Assembly: GCA_038247415.1 (NCBI GenBank)
Contig: JBBRUX010000054.1
Coordinates: 1-24,174 of the forward strand
Origin: Chitinivibrionales bacterium
GTDB taxonomy: Bacteria > Fibrobacterota > Chitinivibrionia > Chitinivibrionales > WJKA01
Direction: 5' to 3'
DNA length: 24,174 nucleotides
The notes beneath the pieces are model-generated. The model saw only the letters and a program-made list of their open reading frames with translations, was not told the origin of the DNA and did not search any database. Position numbers and translations under genes: made by a program. Positions 8,812 to 18,324 of the stretch are shown one piece after another (positions within the stretch are counted from its first letter, which is position 1; the number at the start of each line of letters is the position of its first letter).

Positions 8812-11561
8812 ACAATCAGAGTTACATAGAATCTCTCTACCGCGAATGGCTTCAAAACTCATCATCGGTTGACATAGTGTGGTCAGATTACTTTTCAAAT
8901 CTTGATAAAGAGGGAGTTTCTGCATTAACATCCAATTCTAGTGGCGCCCTCGACCCTCAGGATGATCACGTGCTTGCCCAGAGCCGTGTTGACAGTCTTT
9001 TGCGTGCCTATCGCGAAGTTGGATATATGTACTGCCGCCTTAACCCCTTGGGCGACAACACTCCCGATCATAGCTATATTGCCCAAGAGGTAACGCGAGA
9101 ATACGAAAAGCTAACCCTCGAAGAATTTGGTATCCCCCGTGAGGATCTCGACAAAGTCTTTTTTGCCGGTACTTCGATGCAGCCTTCTACAGGCACATTA
9201 CGTAATATCCTCGAATCGTTTAATCAGACCTATTGCTCTTCGATTGGCGTTGAGTTTCTCCATATTCAAGACAAAAACATGCGTCAATGGATTGCTAATC
9301 GCATGGAGTCAACGCGAAACCACGTTGATCTTACCGCAACGCAAAAAACCAAAATACTGCAGGATCTTATTCAAACAACCGAACTCGAACATTTTTTGGA
9401 TTCTTTTTTCATTGGACAAAAAAGGTTTTCGCTCGAAGGATCGGAAGCGCTCATACCTGGCTTGCGTTTCCTGGTAGATCTTGCTGCACAAGAAAACATT
9501 AAGCATATTGCTCTGGGTGCCACCCATCGTGGAAGACTTTCTATATTGTCAACAATCCTAAAAATGCCCCCCGAAGAAATTTTCTCTCGGTTCGACGAAA
9601 ACTATTCATTGGGCCTCGATGGCGGCATGGGCGATGTAAAGTATCATATTGGCTATGATGCCGACCATATCTATGAGAACGGCTCTAAAGTTCACATAAA
9701 TCTTGCTTCTAATCCAAGCCATCTCGAATCGGTTGGCCCGGTTGTTATTGGCAAAGCGCGCGCACTGATAGACGAATGTGAATCGGATGGCAAAAAATGT
9801 GTGCTCCCGGTAATCCTCCATGGAGACGCTGCATTTGCAGGACAAGGCGTTGTTGCCGAAACACTTAACTTATCGTGCCTTAAGGGATATTCCACGGGTG
9901 GGACTATTCATATAGTTATTAATAATCAGATTGGTTTTACAACACCAGCCCGCAGCGGAAGATCTACCTTTTTTCCTACCGATGTTGCAAAAATGCTCCA
10001 GGTTCCTGTTTTTCATGTCAATGGGGACGATCCCGAAGCATTAGTATATGTTGTAAATTTGGCACTTGCTTTTAGGCAAAAATTTGCTGCCGATTGTGTT
10101 ATCGATATTTTTTGCTATCGCAGGCACGGACACAACGAAGGAGATGAACCATCATTTACTCATCCCCGCATGTACCAACTCATTAAGGAGCATGCAGATA
10201 TTGCGTCTATATACGGCGATGTCTGCGCTCGAACTGGGGTTATGAGTACAAGCGATCAAGCTGCATTTCGCACCGAGTATCATAATGTGCTTAAAACAGC
10301 CCTCGATTTTTCGCGGGCTAATCCTAATGCAAATAGCTATCGATCTCAGGGCGATGCGTGGGATGCAATTTCCCCGCACTATTCCTACGACCCCGTTTCC
10401 ACAGGGGTAGCAGAAAACACCCTACAAAACCTTGCAACATTTCTAACCTCGACCCCTGCCGATATCAGGATTAACACGAAGCTTACACAAATTCTCGAAG
10501 GCAAACGAGCTCTTTTTTTCGAAAAGAAACAGATCGATTGGGCGTTTGCAGAATCACTTGCTTTTGGTTCTCTCGTATTGGAAAAAAATCCTGTTCGTTT
10601 AAGTGGGCAAGATTGTGCACGCGGAACATTCTCTCAACGACACTTGTCATGGTGGGATATTTCACAATCCAATCCGCGCTCGTACACGCCATTGGAACAT
10701 GTTGGAAAAGACCAGGCAACGTTTGCCGTATACGATAGCCCACTCTCCGAATATTCTGTACTGGGATTTGAATATGGTTATTCGCTTGTAAGCCCCGTTG
10801 GATTAACTATTTGGGAAGCCCAATTTGGAGACTTTTCTAATGGAGGCCAGGTTATAATAGACACTTATATTGTAAATGCTGAAACCAAATGGCACCGCTA
10901 TTCGGGGCTTGTACTGCTTTTGCCACATGGGAGTGAGGGTCAAGGCCCCGACCATTCCCATGCGCACCTCGAGCGCTTTTTAGAAATGTGTGCTTTGGAA
11001 AACATCCAGGTATGCAATCCTACCACTCCGGCTCAATACTTTCATTTATTACGCCGTCAAGCGCTGTCTCCGTTTAAAAAGCCGCTTATTATCATGACTC
11101 CTAAAAGTCTTTTAAGGCACCCTTCAGCACTTTCTCTTACCGGAGATCTTACGAACAGTGTTTTTAACATGGTACTCGATGACCCTTGGAAACCTACCAA
11201 CGCTAAGAAGATTGTTTTGTGCTCGGGGAAAGTGTACTACGATTTGTATGCTCACCGAGAAAAAATGAGCGCATCCGATATAGCTCTTATTCGTATTGAG
11301 CAGTTGTATCCGTTTCCTCACGCCAGACTTGCACACATTCTTAAAAACTATCAAGGTGCAGAGGACATTATTTGGATGCAAGAAGAATATAAAAATCTTG
11401 GGCCTTGGAGCTTTATACGTGAACAATTTTCAGAGTTTTTCCCCACGCTTAACCTGCGCTACAGCGGCAAGCCACCAAGCACCAGTGCAGGATTGGGTAT
11501 GCTAAAAATGCATAAAGAAGAACAACGAATTGCCATTGAAACGGTTTTTGAAAACAAATAG
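8808..11561 (+). CDS. sucA: 2-oxoglutarate dehydrogenase E1 component
   Basis: [34 protein letters not shown]hDP motif, [16 protein letters not shown]. Confidence 0.96.
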   Translation: MNNQSYIESLYREWLQNSSSVDIVWSDYFSNLDKEGVSALTSNSSGALDPQDDHVLAQSRVDSLLRAYREVGYMYCRLNPLGDNTPDHSYIAQEVTREYEKLTLEEFGIPREDLDKVFFAGTSMQPSTGTLRNILESFNQTYCSSIGVEFLHIQDKNMRQWIANRMESTRNHVDLTATQKTKILQDLIQTTELEHFLDSFFIGQKRFSLEGSEALIPGLRFLVDLAAQENIKHIALGATHRGRLSILSTILKMPPEEIFSRFDENYSLGLDGGMGDVKYHIGYDADHIYENGSKVHINLASNPSHLESVGPVVIGKARALIDECESDGKKCVLPVILHGDAAFAGQGVVAETLNLSCLKGYSTGGTIHIVINNQIGFTTPARSGRSTFFPTDVAKMLQVPVFHVNGDDPEALVYVVNLALAFRQKFAADCVIDIFCYRRHGHNEGDEPSFTHPRMYQLIKEHADIASIYGDVCARTGVMSTSDQAAFRTEYHNVLKTALDFSRANPNANSYRSQGDAWDAISPHYSYDPVSTGVAENTLQNLATFLTSTPADIRINTKLTQILEGKRALFFEKKQIDWAFAESLAFGSLVLEKNPVRLSGQDCARGTFSQRHLSWWDISQSNPRSYTPLEHVGKDQATFAVYDSPLSEYSVLGFEYGYSLVSPVGLTIWEAQFGDFSNGGQVIIDTYIVNAETKWHRYSGLVLLLPHGSEGQGPDHSHAHLERFLEMCALENIQVCNPTTPAQYFHLLRRQALSPFKKPLIIMTPKSLLRHPSALSLTGDLTNSVFNMVLDDPWKPTNAKKIVLCSGKVYYDLYAHREKMSASDIALIRIEQLYPFPHARLAHILKNYQGAEDIIWMQEEYKNLGPWSFIREQFSEFFPTLNLRYSGKPPSTSAGLGMLKMHKEEQRIAIETVFENK

Positions 11562-11599
11562 CTTTCACACTTTTTAAAGTTTTGTACAAAGCGGGAAAT

Positions 11600-12802
11600 A
11601 TGAAAAAAGACATTGTTGTTCCATCGGTTGGAGAATCTGTTCTCAAAGGCACACTCGTAACCTGGCTTAAAAATACCGGGGAGAGCATACAAGAAGGCGA
11701 TGCGATTTTTGAATTTGAAACCGACAAGGCAACAGTTACGGTTTCGTCAACCGCAACGGGTGTTCTTACCACGCATGTAGCTGCAGGCACCGAAGCAACA
11801 ATCGGTCAGAAAGTAGCATCGGTAGAGGAAGGAGCTCAGTCTTTTACACAAGCGAAACCAAGTGTTTCAGCTCCTGTTGCACAACATAATCAAATCCTTT
11901 CTCCTGCGGTTCGCCGTATCGTAACCGAAAATAAACTTGACACAAGCAAAATTAGGGGAACCGGCAAAGATGGTCGCATAACAAAAGAAGACACACAGTC
12001 AGCACTACCCCCGCTAACACTGAGTCCACCGTCGCACCCCACAATTTACCCAGCAAATGCTCCTGCTCCAACAATTGCAGATCCTGTAGTAAGTCCCACA
12101 ACACGGGGGCAAACGCGCGTGCCCATGACGACAATCAGAAGGCGCACTTCCGAACGTCTTATTATGGCTCAACAGCAATCTGCCTGCGTAACGACTTTTA
12201 ACGAATTCGATATGTCAAAGGTCATTGCAATACGTTCACAATGGAAAGATGCGTTCGAAAAAGAGCATAACATCCGGCTTGGTTTTCTCTCCTTTTTTGT
12301 TAAAGCTTGCAGCCAGTCTCTCAAAGTATTTCCCATCATGAATGCTCAAATCGATAAAAGCGATATCATTTACAACAACGATATTCATATGGGTGTAGCC
12401 GTTTCTACAGCAACTGGCTTGTTCGTCCCCGTAATTCGTAATGCCGATCAGCGCAGCTTTGCCAATATAGAAACCACCATTGCATCCCTGGCGCAACGCG
12501 CACAAACAAAAAAGCTTATGCCCGATGAACTAACCGGGGGGACCTTTACCATTACCAATGGGGGTATCTTTGGATCGCTTTTATCTACGCCCATTCCGGC
12601 ATTTCCTCAGGTAGCTATTATTGGCTTACATGCGATTCAAAAACGAGCCGTGGTTGTTGATGATGCAATCGTTATCCGCCCCATGATGTATGTAGCGGTC
12701 ACCTACGATCACAGGCTTATCGATGGTAAAGAGGCGATTGAGTTTCTGGGGAAAATTAAAAAGTTTATAGAAAATCCAGACTTGCTCTTTCTTGAGACTT
12801 AA
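11600..12802 (+). CDS. sucB: Dihydrolipoamide succinyltransferase (E2)
   Basis: Lipoyl domain ETDKA, E3-binding SPAVRR..GTGKDGRITKED, catalytic DHRLIDG. ATG at 11600 (MKKDIVVP) preferred over the TTG at 11582. Confidence 0.95.
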   Translation: MKKDIVVPSVGESVLKGTLVTWLKNTGESIQEGDAIFEFETDKATVTVSSTATGVLTTHVAAGTEATIGQKVASVEEGAQSFTQAKPSVSAPVAQHNQILSPAVRRIVTENKLDTSKIRGTGKDGRITKEDTQSALPPLTLSPPSHPTIYPANAPAPTIADPVVSPTTRGQTRVPMTTIRRRTSERLIMAQQQSACVTTFNEFDMSKVIAIRSQWKDAFEKEHNIRLGFLSFFVKACSQSLKVFPIMNAQIDKSDIIYNNDIHMGVAVSTATGLFVPVIRNADQRSFANIETTIASLAQRAQTKKLMPDELTGGTFTITNGGIFGSLLSTPIPAFPQVAIIGLHAIQKRAVVVDDAIVIRPMMYVAVTYDHRLIDGKEAIEFLGKIKKFIENPDLLFLET

Positions 12803-12829
12803 CATTTTGCAGGACGTAAGGCAAACACC

Positions 12830-14248
12830 ATGAGTACCAGTATTTTCGATATTATTGTTATCGGCGCAGGTCCGGCAGGCTATTGTGCAGCAATACGAGG
12901 AGCGCAGCTTGGTTTAACCGTTGCCATTGTTGAAAAGCGCCCGCATGGGGGCGGAACCTGTCTTAACATAGGGTGCATTCCTTCTAAAGCATTGCTCGAT
13001 TCGAGCCATCATTACTCATTTACACAACACGATCTCAAAAAGCATGGAATTTCGGTAGGAGCTATTGCGCTCGATTTACCCACAGTTATGTTGCGTAAAG
13101 ATCAAATCGTATCCCGACTTACCAAAGGGATAGATTCTCTGCTTGTTGCAAATCGCATAACGCATCTTTGTGGTACTGCATCGAGCACCGATGGCGCATC
13201 GGTTGTCGTTACATCGGAGGCCACTTCCCAAACTATCACTGCAACAAAGGCACTGATTCTTGCAACAGGGAGTGAACCCGTTTCATTGCCTGATCTTCCC
13301 TTCGATGGAACATTTATTGTAGATTCGACTGGGGCGTTATCTTTTGACAAGGTTCCAAATTCTCTCGCTATTATTGGCGCTGGCGCCATTGGCCTCGAAA
13401 TGGCAAGTATCTGGTCTCGCCTTGGCAGTACCGTTTCAGTCATCGAGCTCGTCGACCAGATTTTGCCAGGGTGGGATAATCAGGTTGCCAAAACACTCCA
13501 GCGACTGCTCACTGCACAGGGCATTTTCATTTCGACAAAAACAAAGGTCATTAAGCATTCTCAGACTAACGGGACGATCGCCCTTACCCTTCAAAGTCAG
13601 GATGCTACGAGCGACATAGTTGTTGACAAAGTGTTAGTTGCCATAGGACGCAAACCAGTAACTCCCGGGTTTGACTGCCGTGCCTTGCAGATTGATATCG
13701 ACCCTGCAACAAAACGTATCAAAGTTGACAAAAACTTTAAAACATCCCATAATGGTATATATGCTATTGGGGATATTGTTGCAGGCCCAATGCTTGCGCA
13801 CAAAGCATTCGAAGAAGGTGTGGCCGTAGTCGAGAGCATAGCAGAACATGCTGGGCATGTCAATTATACAACTATTCCCGGCATTGTCTACACGCACCCC
13901 GAAGCAGCACGTATTGGCCTTACCGAAGAGAGCTTAAAACGTGACAATGTCGAATACAAAACCGGCACTTTTTCATTTAAAGCAAATGGTAGGGCACTCG
14001 CATCTGGTAATGAAGATGGCTTTGTTAAACTTTTAAGTGATGCTACAACCGATAGACTTTTGGGTGCCCACATTGTGTGTTCTGGCGCTTCGGAATTAAT
14101 TGGAGAAATTGTAAGTGTCATGGAATTTGGTGGGAGTGCAGAAGATATCGCACGAATGACGCACGCTCATCCAACACTCTCGGAAGCTCTTAAAGAAGCT
14201 GCGCTTGATATAGACAAGCGAGCAATTCATGCACCGCCAAAAAAATAA
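12830..14248 (+). CDS. lpdA: Dihydrolipoamide dehydrogenase (E3)
   Basis: GAGPAG, GGTCLNIGCIPSK redox disulfide, GAGAIGLE, HPTLSE. Confidence 0.97.
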   Translation: MSTSIFDIIVIGAGPAGYCAAIRGAQLGLTVAIVEKRPHGGGTCLNIGCIPSKALLDSSHHYSFTQHDLKKHGISVGAIALDLPTVMLRKDQIVSRLTKGIDSLLVANRITHLCGTASSTDGASVVVTSEATSQTITATKALILATGSEPVSLPDLPFDGTFIVDSTGALSFDKVPNSLAIIGAGAIGLEMASIWSRLGSTVSVIELVDQILPGWDNQVAKTLQRLLTAQGIFISTKTKVIKHSQTNGTIALTLQSQDATSDIVVDKVLVAIGRKPVTPGFDCRALQIDIDPATKRIKVDKNFKTSHNGIYAIGDIVAGPMLAHKAFEEGVAVVESIAEHAGHVNYTTIPGIVYTHPEAARIGLTEESLKRDNVEYKTGTFSFKANGRALASGNEDGFVKLLSDATTDRLLGAHIVCSGASELIGEIVSVMEFGGSAEDIARMTHAHPTLSEALKEAALDIDKRAIHAPPKK

Positions 14249-14277
14249 CCAATAACCTAAGGCAAAGGAATTTTATC

Positions 14278-15420
14278 ATGGCCGAACTACCATACTCAAA
14301 AGGACTCGAAGGCATTGTTGCTGGAGAATCTGACATCTGTCTTATTGACGGACAAAAAGGCAAGCTCTATTATCGGGGATATACCATCGAAGATCTTATA
14401 AAACACTCTACATTCGAAGAAGTAACGTATCTGTTGCTTAACGAGAAACTTCCTACTCAAGACCAATTTAGTGATTTTATTATCAGAATGCGCAGCGGAC
14501 GAAGCATTGTAGTGCAAATACAGGAGACAATTCAGCATTTTCCTCCTGGAGGATCCCCCATGGAACTGCTCCAATCATCTATTTCGTACTTAAGTGGTTA
14601 TGTTGCACATAAGATCAAGCATTCGGCTATCTGCAATTGCCGTGAAACCATGCACCAGATTGGCCAACTTGCCACGGTTGTTGCATATTATCAACGTTGT
14701 TTTGATCAGCTTCCCTACGTAGAACCCCGCAAGGATCTTAATCATGGATCAAATTTCCTCTACATGCTGCGTGGCGAAGTACCGCAAGCTTACGAAGCCG
14801 ATATTATGGATAAATGCTTAATTCTGCATGCAGAACATGGCTTTAATGCTTCAACATTTACAGCGCGCGTTGTTGCTTCCACTCTCTCAACCTGCTATTG
14901 CAGCATTTCTGCTGCTATTGGTGCGCTGTACGGTTCTTTACATGGAGGTGCCAACGAGAACGTTCTTGAGATGCTCGAAAAAATTGGTACTCTCGAAAAT
15001 GTCGATCCATGGCTCGATAAAGCGCTTTCCGAAAAGGCAAAAATCCCCGGCATGGGACATCGGGAATATAAAGTAAAAGATCCGCGATCCATTCATATGG
15101 AGGGATTTTTAAGAGAGCTCAGCGAAAAGAAAAACGACTGGCGCTTGTATAATATGCTCAAAAAACTAGAAAGTTCCTTCCATGCGCGCATGGAAGTATC
15201 GGGAAAGCCATTATATCCTAATGTCGACTTTTTCTCCGGTGCGGTTTATTCACTTTTAGGAATCCCTAAAAAGCTTTTTACCCCTATTTTTGCTGTAGCA
15301 CGGGCGTCGGGGTGGCTTGCACACATTCTCGAACAACGTAAAGATAATAGGCTCTTTAGGCCCGAATCGATTTATACCGGGCCAGAAGAACGTCCTTACG
15401 TTCAGTTTGACAAAAGATAA
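14278..15420 (+). CDS. gltA: Citrate synthase, short (~380 aa) CitZ/PrpC-like type; 2-methylcitrate synthase not excluded
   Basis: YSKGLEG, HAEHGFNAST, LHGGANE, GMGHR, YPNVDF catalytic His/His/Asp motifs. Confidence 0.88.
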   Translation: MAELPYSKGLEGIVAGESDICLIDGQKGKLYYRGYTIEDLIKHSTFEEVTYLLLNEKLPTQDQFSDFIIRMRSGRSIVVQIQETIQHFPPGGSPMELLQSSISYLSGYVAHKIKHSAICNCRETMHQIGQLATVVAYYQRCFDQLPYVEPRKDLNHGSNFLYMLRGEVPQAYEADIMDKCLILHAEHGFNASTFTARVVASTLSTCYCSISAAIGALYGSLHGGANENVLEMLEKIGTLENVDPWLDKALSEKAKIPGMGHREYKVKDPRSIHMEGFLRELSEKKNDWRLYNMLKKLESSFHARMEVSGKPLYPNVDFFSGAVYSLLGIPKKLFTPIFAVARASGWLAHILEQRKDNRLFRPESIYTGPEERPYVQFDKR

Positions 15421-15466
15421 TTGTTTTTACTCTTTTTGAAACCATAGATTTACACTGTGAGGTACT

Positions 15467-16522
15467 ATGTCCGACCAGCTAAAAACACCCGACGAAGTCC
15501 GAGAAAGTGCCCGCGCAAAACTTAAAGGCATCTGTGGTGTCTACAAGAATTGCGACGGACTCGATGCCCGCTTGTGCCAAGGGCACAGTTATGGTTCTGC
15601 AATTGGTATAGGTGGCGTTGGCAGTGGCGCATCATTCTCGAATAATTTTAAAGCCCTCGATGCACTGCATTTAGAGGCTCGTCTCATAGGAGAAGATTTC
15701 AAGCCCGACTCGACATTCTCCTTTTTTGGCACAACTCTTGACATGCCGATTATGGCTGCTAGTGTATCCGGCGTTGGCAGTTTTGGTGGCGAAGCTATTA
15801 TTTCCGAAAAAGAATTTTGCAGGTCGGTTGTTCTTGGCTGTAAAGAAGCAAAAACCTTGGGCTGGCGAGGCGACTCCTTCAACTACACCCCCGAACACCT
15901 TTGGGGCCTGGATGCCATAGAAGAAGCACGGGGCCATGGTGTGCAAATCTTCAAACCTCGTGATCAAATTGTTCTCAAAGATTTTATCAAGCGAGCAGAA
16001 AAATCCAAATGCGTTGCTGTTGGCATTGATATCGATGGTCACGGTTCGTATGCAATGGCAAAAAACAATCAGCCGGTGTACCGAAAATCCCTTAAGGATC
16101 TCAAAGAGCTCGTTGCATCAACTTCTTTACCAATGATATTTAAGGGAATCATGTCGGTCTCCGATGCGCTCCTTGCAATCGAAGCCGGTGCGAAAGCCAT
16201 TTGTGTATCTAATCATGGTGGCCGCGTTCTGGATCATACCCCAGGAACAGCTGAGGTGCTTCCTAAAATTGCTAAAGCAATTGGCTCGAGTGCCATGATT
16301 ATTGCCGATGGTGGCGTAAGAACGGGTTACGATGTTATCAAGATGCTCGCATTAGGCGCACAAGCCGTACTTGTCGGACGCGATGTTGTGCGCGCGGCAG
16401 TTGGTGGGGGTATTTTGGGTGTTTCTATTCATATGAATTATCTTGGGACGGATTTGAGAAGGGCGATGAAAATGACGGGATGCGAGACTGTAAATAAGAT
16501 TGATCCTACGATAATGTGCTGA
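15467..16522 (+). CDS. FMN-dependent alpha-hydroxy acid oxidase/dehydrogenase family protein
   Basis: KGI, VSNHGGR, DGGVRTGYDVIKMLALGA, VGR motifs; Cys-containing N-terminal extension. Confidence 0.9.
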   Translation: MSDQLKTPDEVRESARAKLKGICGVYKNCDGLDARLCQGHSYGSAIGIGGVGSGASFSNNFKALDALHLEARLIGEDFKPDSTFSFFGTTLDMPIMAASVSGVGSFGGEAIISEKEFCRSVVLGCKEAKTLGWRGDSFNYTPEHLWGLDAIEEARGHGVQIFKPRDQIVLKDFIKRAEKSKCVAVGIDIDGHGSYAMAKNNQPVYRKSLKDLKELVASTSLPMIFKGIMSVSDALLAIEAGAKAICVSNHGGRVLDHTPGTAEVLPKIAKAIGSSAMIIADGGVRTGYDVIKMLALGAQAVLVGRDVVRAAVGGGILGVSIHMNYLGTDLRRAMKMTGCETVNKIDPTIMC

Positions 16523-16560
16523 AATACTACTAAAATTATCAAAATATTTGAAAGGGCATT

Positions 16561-16748
16561 TGGAAAGGGCTCGGTAGCCCTTTATATCCAACTTGGAAAA
16601 GTAAAAAGCTAAGCTGGAAAGGGCCAGGTGGCCCTTTATATCCAACTTGGAAAATGCTTTCCAGATAGCCCAACCCCCTACCCCCACACTTGGGGGTTTG
16701 CAGAACAGAAGAAAAAGCCTTAAATTTCTGATTGGATTTTGTATTCCT
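16561..16748 (+). repeat. Structured intergenic repeat, copy 1 (two 40-nt units plus tail)
   Basis: Units 16561-16600 and 16615-16654: TGGAAAGGGCyNGGTrGCCCTTTATATCCAACTTGGAAAA. Tail TGCTTTCCAGATAGCCCAACCCC..CACACTTGGGGGTTT..TGGATTTTGT is shared with 23866-24060. Confidence 0.9.
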
Positions 16749-16768
16749 CTTATGCACGAGAGCGGACG

Positions 16769-16965
16769 GAATGTGCTGGTGTAAACGGAGTGCCACCGGC
16801 AAGTGCGTGAGGACTCAGGCACGCAGTGCCGCATGGACGAGAGTACCGGCTTGCGAAGCAAGAGCCTAGGAGGAGCCGCATCGGAAAATACCCCAAGGGT
16901 ACTTCCTTTGGGCGCCCGAAGGGGTGAGGACCGACGGCGCTCTTTGCGCCGGCGTGCCCACATTC
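16769..16965. other. GC-rich multi-hairpin non-coding segment (REP/MITE-like or structured RNA)
   Basis: Five hairpins (16797-16831, 16850-16862, 16892-16912, 16913-16926, 16935-16951) enclosed by GAATGTG/CACATTC inverted ends. Confidence 0.5.
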
Positions 16966-17291
16966 TAATGCCTTTATTTTTTAAGTATGAAAACAAAAAT
17001 TATATTGATTTAAGTAAAGAAATTGCCCCTGAAGGATCCTTTTATTAAAACCGAACAGGGAGAATGATTAATGCAAGACTGTAAGGGAATAGGAGTGTCT
17101 CAACCATGATTAATAGTATTATAAGATTACCGTGATTAAAGTAGATAGAAAATAAGACAATCACATGCATCAGAGTTTAGATAATGTTTAAACTTCAAGT
17201 CCCTGCTGCAATACAAGAAAAGCAAGAACAAAAAGTGTTACTATTCACAGAAAAAGAAATTCTTTATGCATAAAGTTAAGGTTTTGTGGAT

Positions 17292-18296
17292 ATGAAACGA
17301 CGCACCTTTATTCGCACCTGTGGGGAAATTATGGCATCTTCGTTTGTTGCCCAAGCATTGCCGCTCGATTCTGCCGTCAAGTCAAATAAACAACCCGCAG
17401 CAACAGGTTTTGTTTTTGACCAAGAATATCTGAAACCCCACGTTAATGCATTCAAACCCGAAACGCCACAACGATTAAACGCCATTATTCAGAAAATGCA
17501 CAGCGAAGGCATTGATACAAAGGTTGTGCTAATAAAGCCTTTAGATAATGCGGCAGAGTATCTGGAATTATGCCACACTCCAGCGCATATCAAAAAAATC
17601 AATGCGCTTGCTGATGTCGGGAAGGTTGCATCATTAGCTGTCGGTGGTACACTTGCTGGTGTCAAGGCGGTTTGTGAGGGTATCGTTAACAATGCGTTTT
17701 GTGCGATTCGTCCTCCGGGTCACCATGCCTCCAATACTGGTCGCGAAGAGGGTTTCTGCTATTATAACAATGTTGCCCTGGCCGCGCGTTATGCGCAAAA
17801 GATCTGCGGCTATCAGCGCATTCTCATTATCGATTGGGATTATCACCACGGTAATGGCACCGAATCGTTTTTTTATTCCGATCCGAGTGTGCTTTACTTT
17901 TCAACATTCGACTCGCATGCATATCCTAATACGGGCAAGGCTTCCCGAAAAGGCGACGGTTCTGGCCTTGGGTATACTATTAATGTTCCCTTGAAGTCGG
18001 GGAGTGGGGATCGCGAAATCGTTGTGGCATGGGAACAACATCTTCTTCCCGCTGTGGCAAGTTTTAAACCAGATTTCGTATTGATATCAGCCGGATTTGA
18101 TAGCCGACAAGATGATTATCTCGGTCGATTTAACATCACCGATATCGGATATGTCAAACTTACCAAAATGGCAATAGCCATCGCGCTAAAACATTGCAGC
18201 GGAAGAGTGGTTTCGGTACTTGAGGGTGGATATAATCCAGATGGGGTAGCAACTGCTGCCTGTGCTCATGTGCGTGCCCTGGCGGGGCTTATATAA
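17292..18296 (+). CDS. Histone deacetylase family (Zn-dependent amidohydrolase) with twin-arginine signal peptide
   Basis: PETPQR, RPPGHHA, GFCYYNN, DWDYHHGNGT, SAGFD, LEGGY motifs; N-terminus MKRRTFI..AQA. ATG at 17292; alternative GTG at 17286. Confidence 0.92.
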   Translation: MKRRTFIRTCGEIMASSFVAQALPLDSAVKSNKQPAATGFVFDQEYLKPHVNAFKPETPQRLNAIIQKMHSEGIDTKVVLIKPLDNAAEYLELCHTPAHIKKINALADVGKVASLAVGGTLAGVKAVCEGIVNNAFCAIRPPGHHASNTGREEGFCYYNNVALAARYAQKICGYQRILIIDWDYHHGNGTESFFYSDPSVLYFSTFDSHAYPNTGKASRKGDGSGLGYTINVPLKSGSGDREIVVAWEQHLLPAVASFKPDFVLISAGFDSRQDDYLGRFNITDIGYVKLTKMAIAIALKHCSGRVVSVLEGGYNPDGVATAACAHVRALAGLI

Positions 18297-18324
18297 CGAG
18301 ATTCGTGAATTTTACTGCGTCAAC

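Noticed and set aside
9514..9540. SucA GATHRGRL variant of GMAHRGRL
   Set aside because: The HRGRL core and all other motifs are intact; ordinary divergence.
4276..16136. Many short alternative-frame and antisense ORFs within the TCA genes
   Set aside because: Fully nested in conserved housekeeping genes; expected by chance.
16561..16654. CRISPR array (40-nt palindromic repeats)
   Set aside because: Only two units per locus, spacers of 14 and 23 nt that resemble each other, and no cas genes.
16352..17048. ORFs 16352..16996(-), 16539..16802(-) and 16803..17048(+)
   Set aside because: They run through the repeat and hairpin DNA or antisense to the oxidase gene, with no recognisable motifs.
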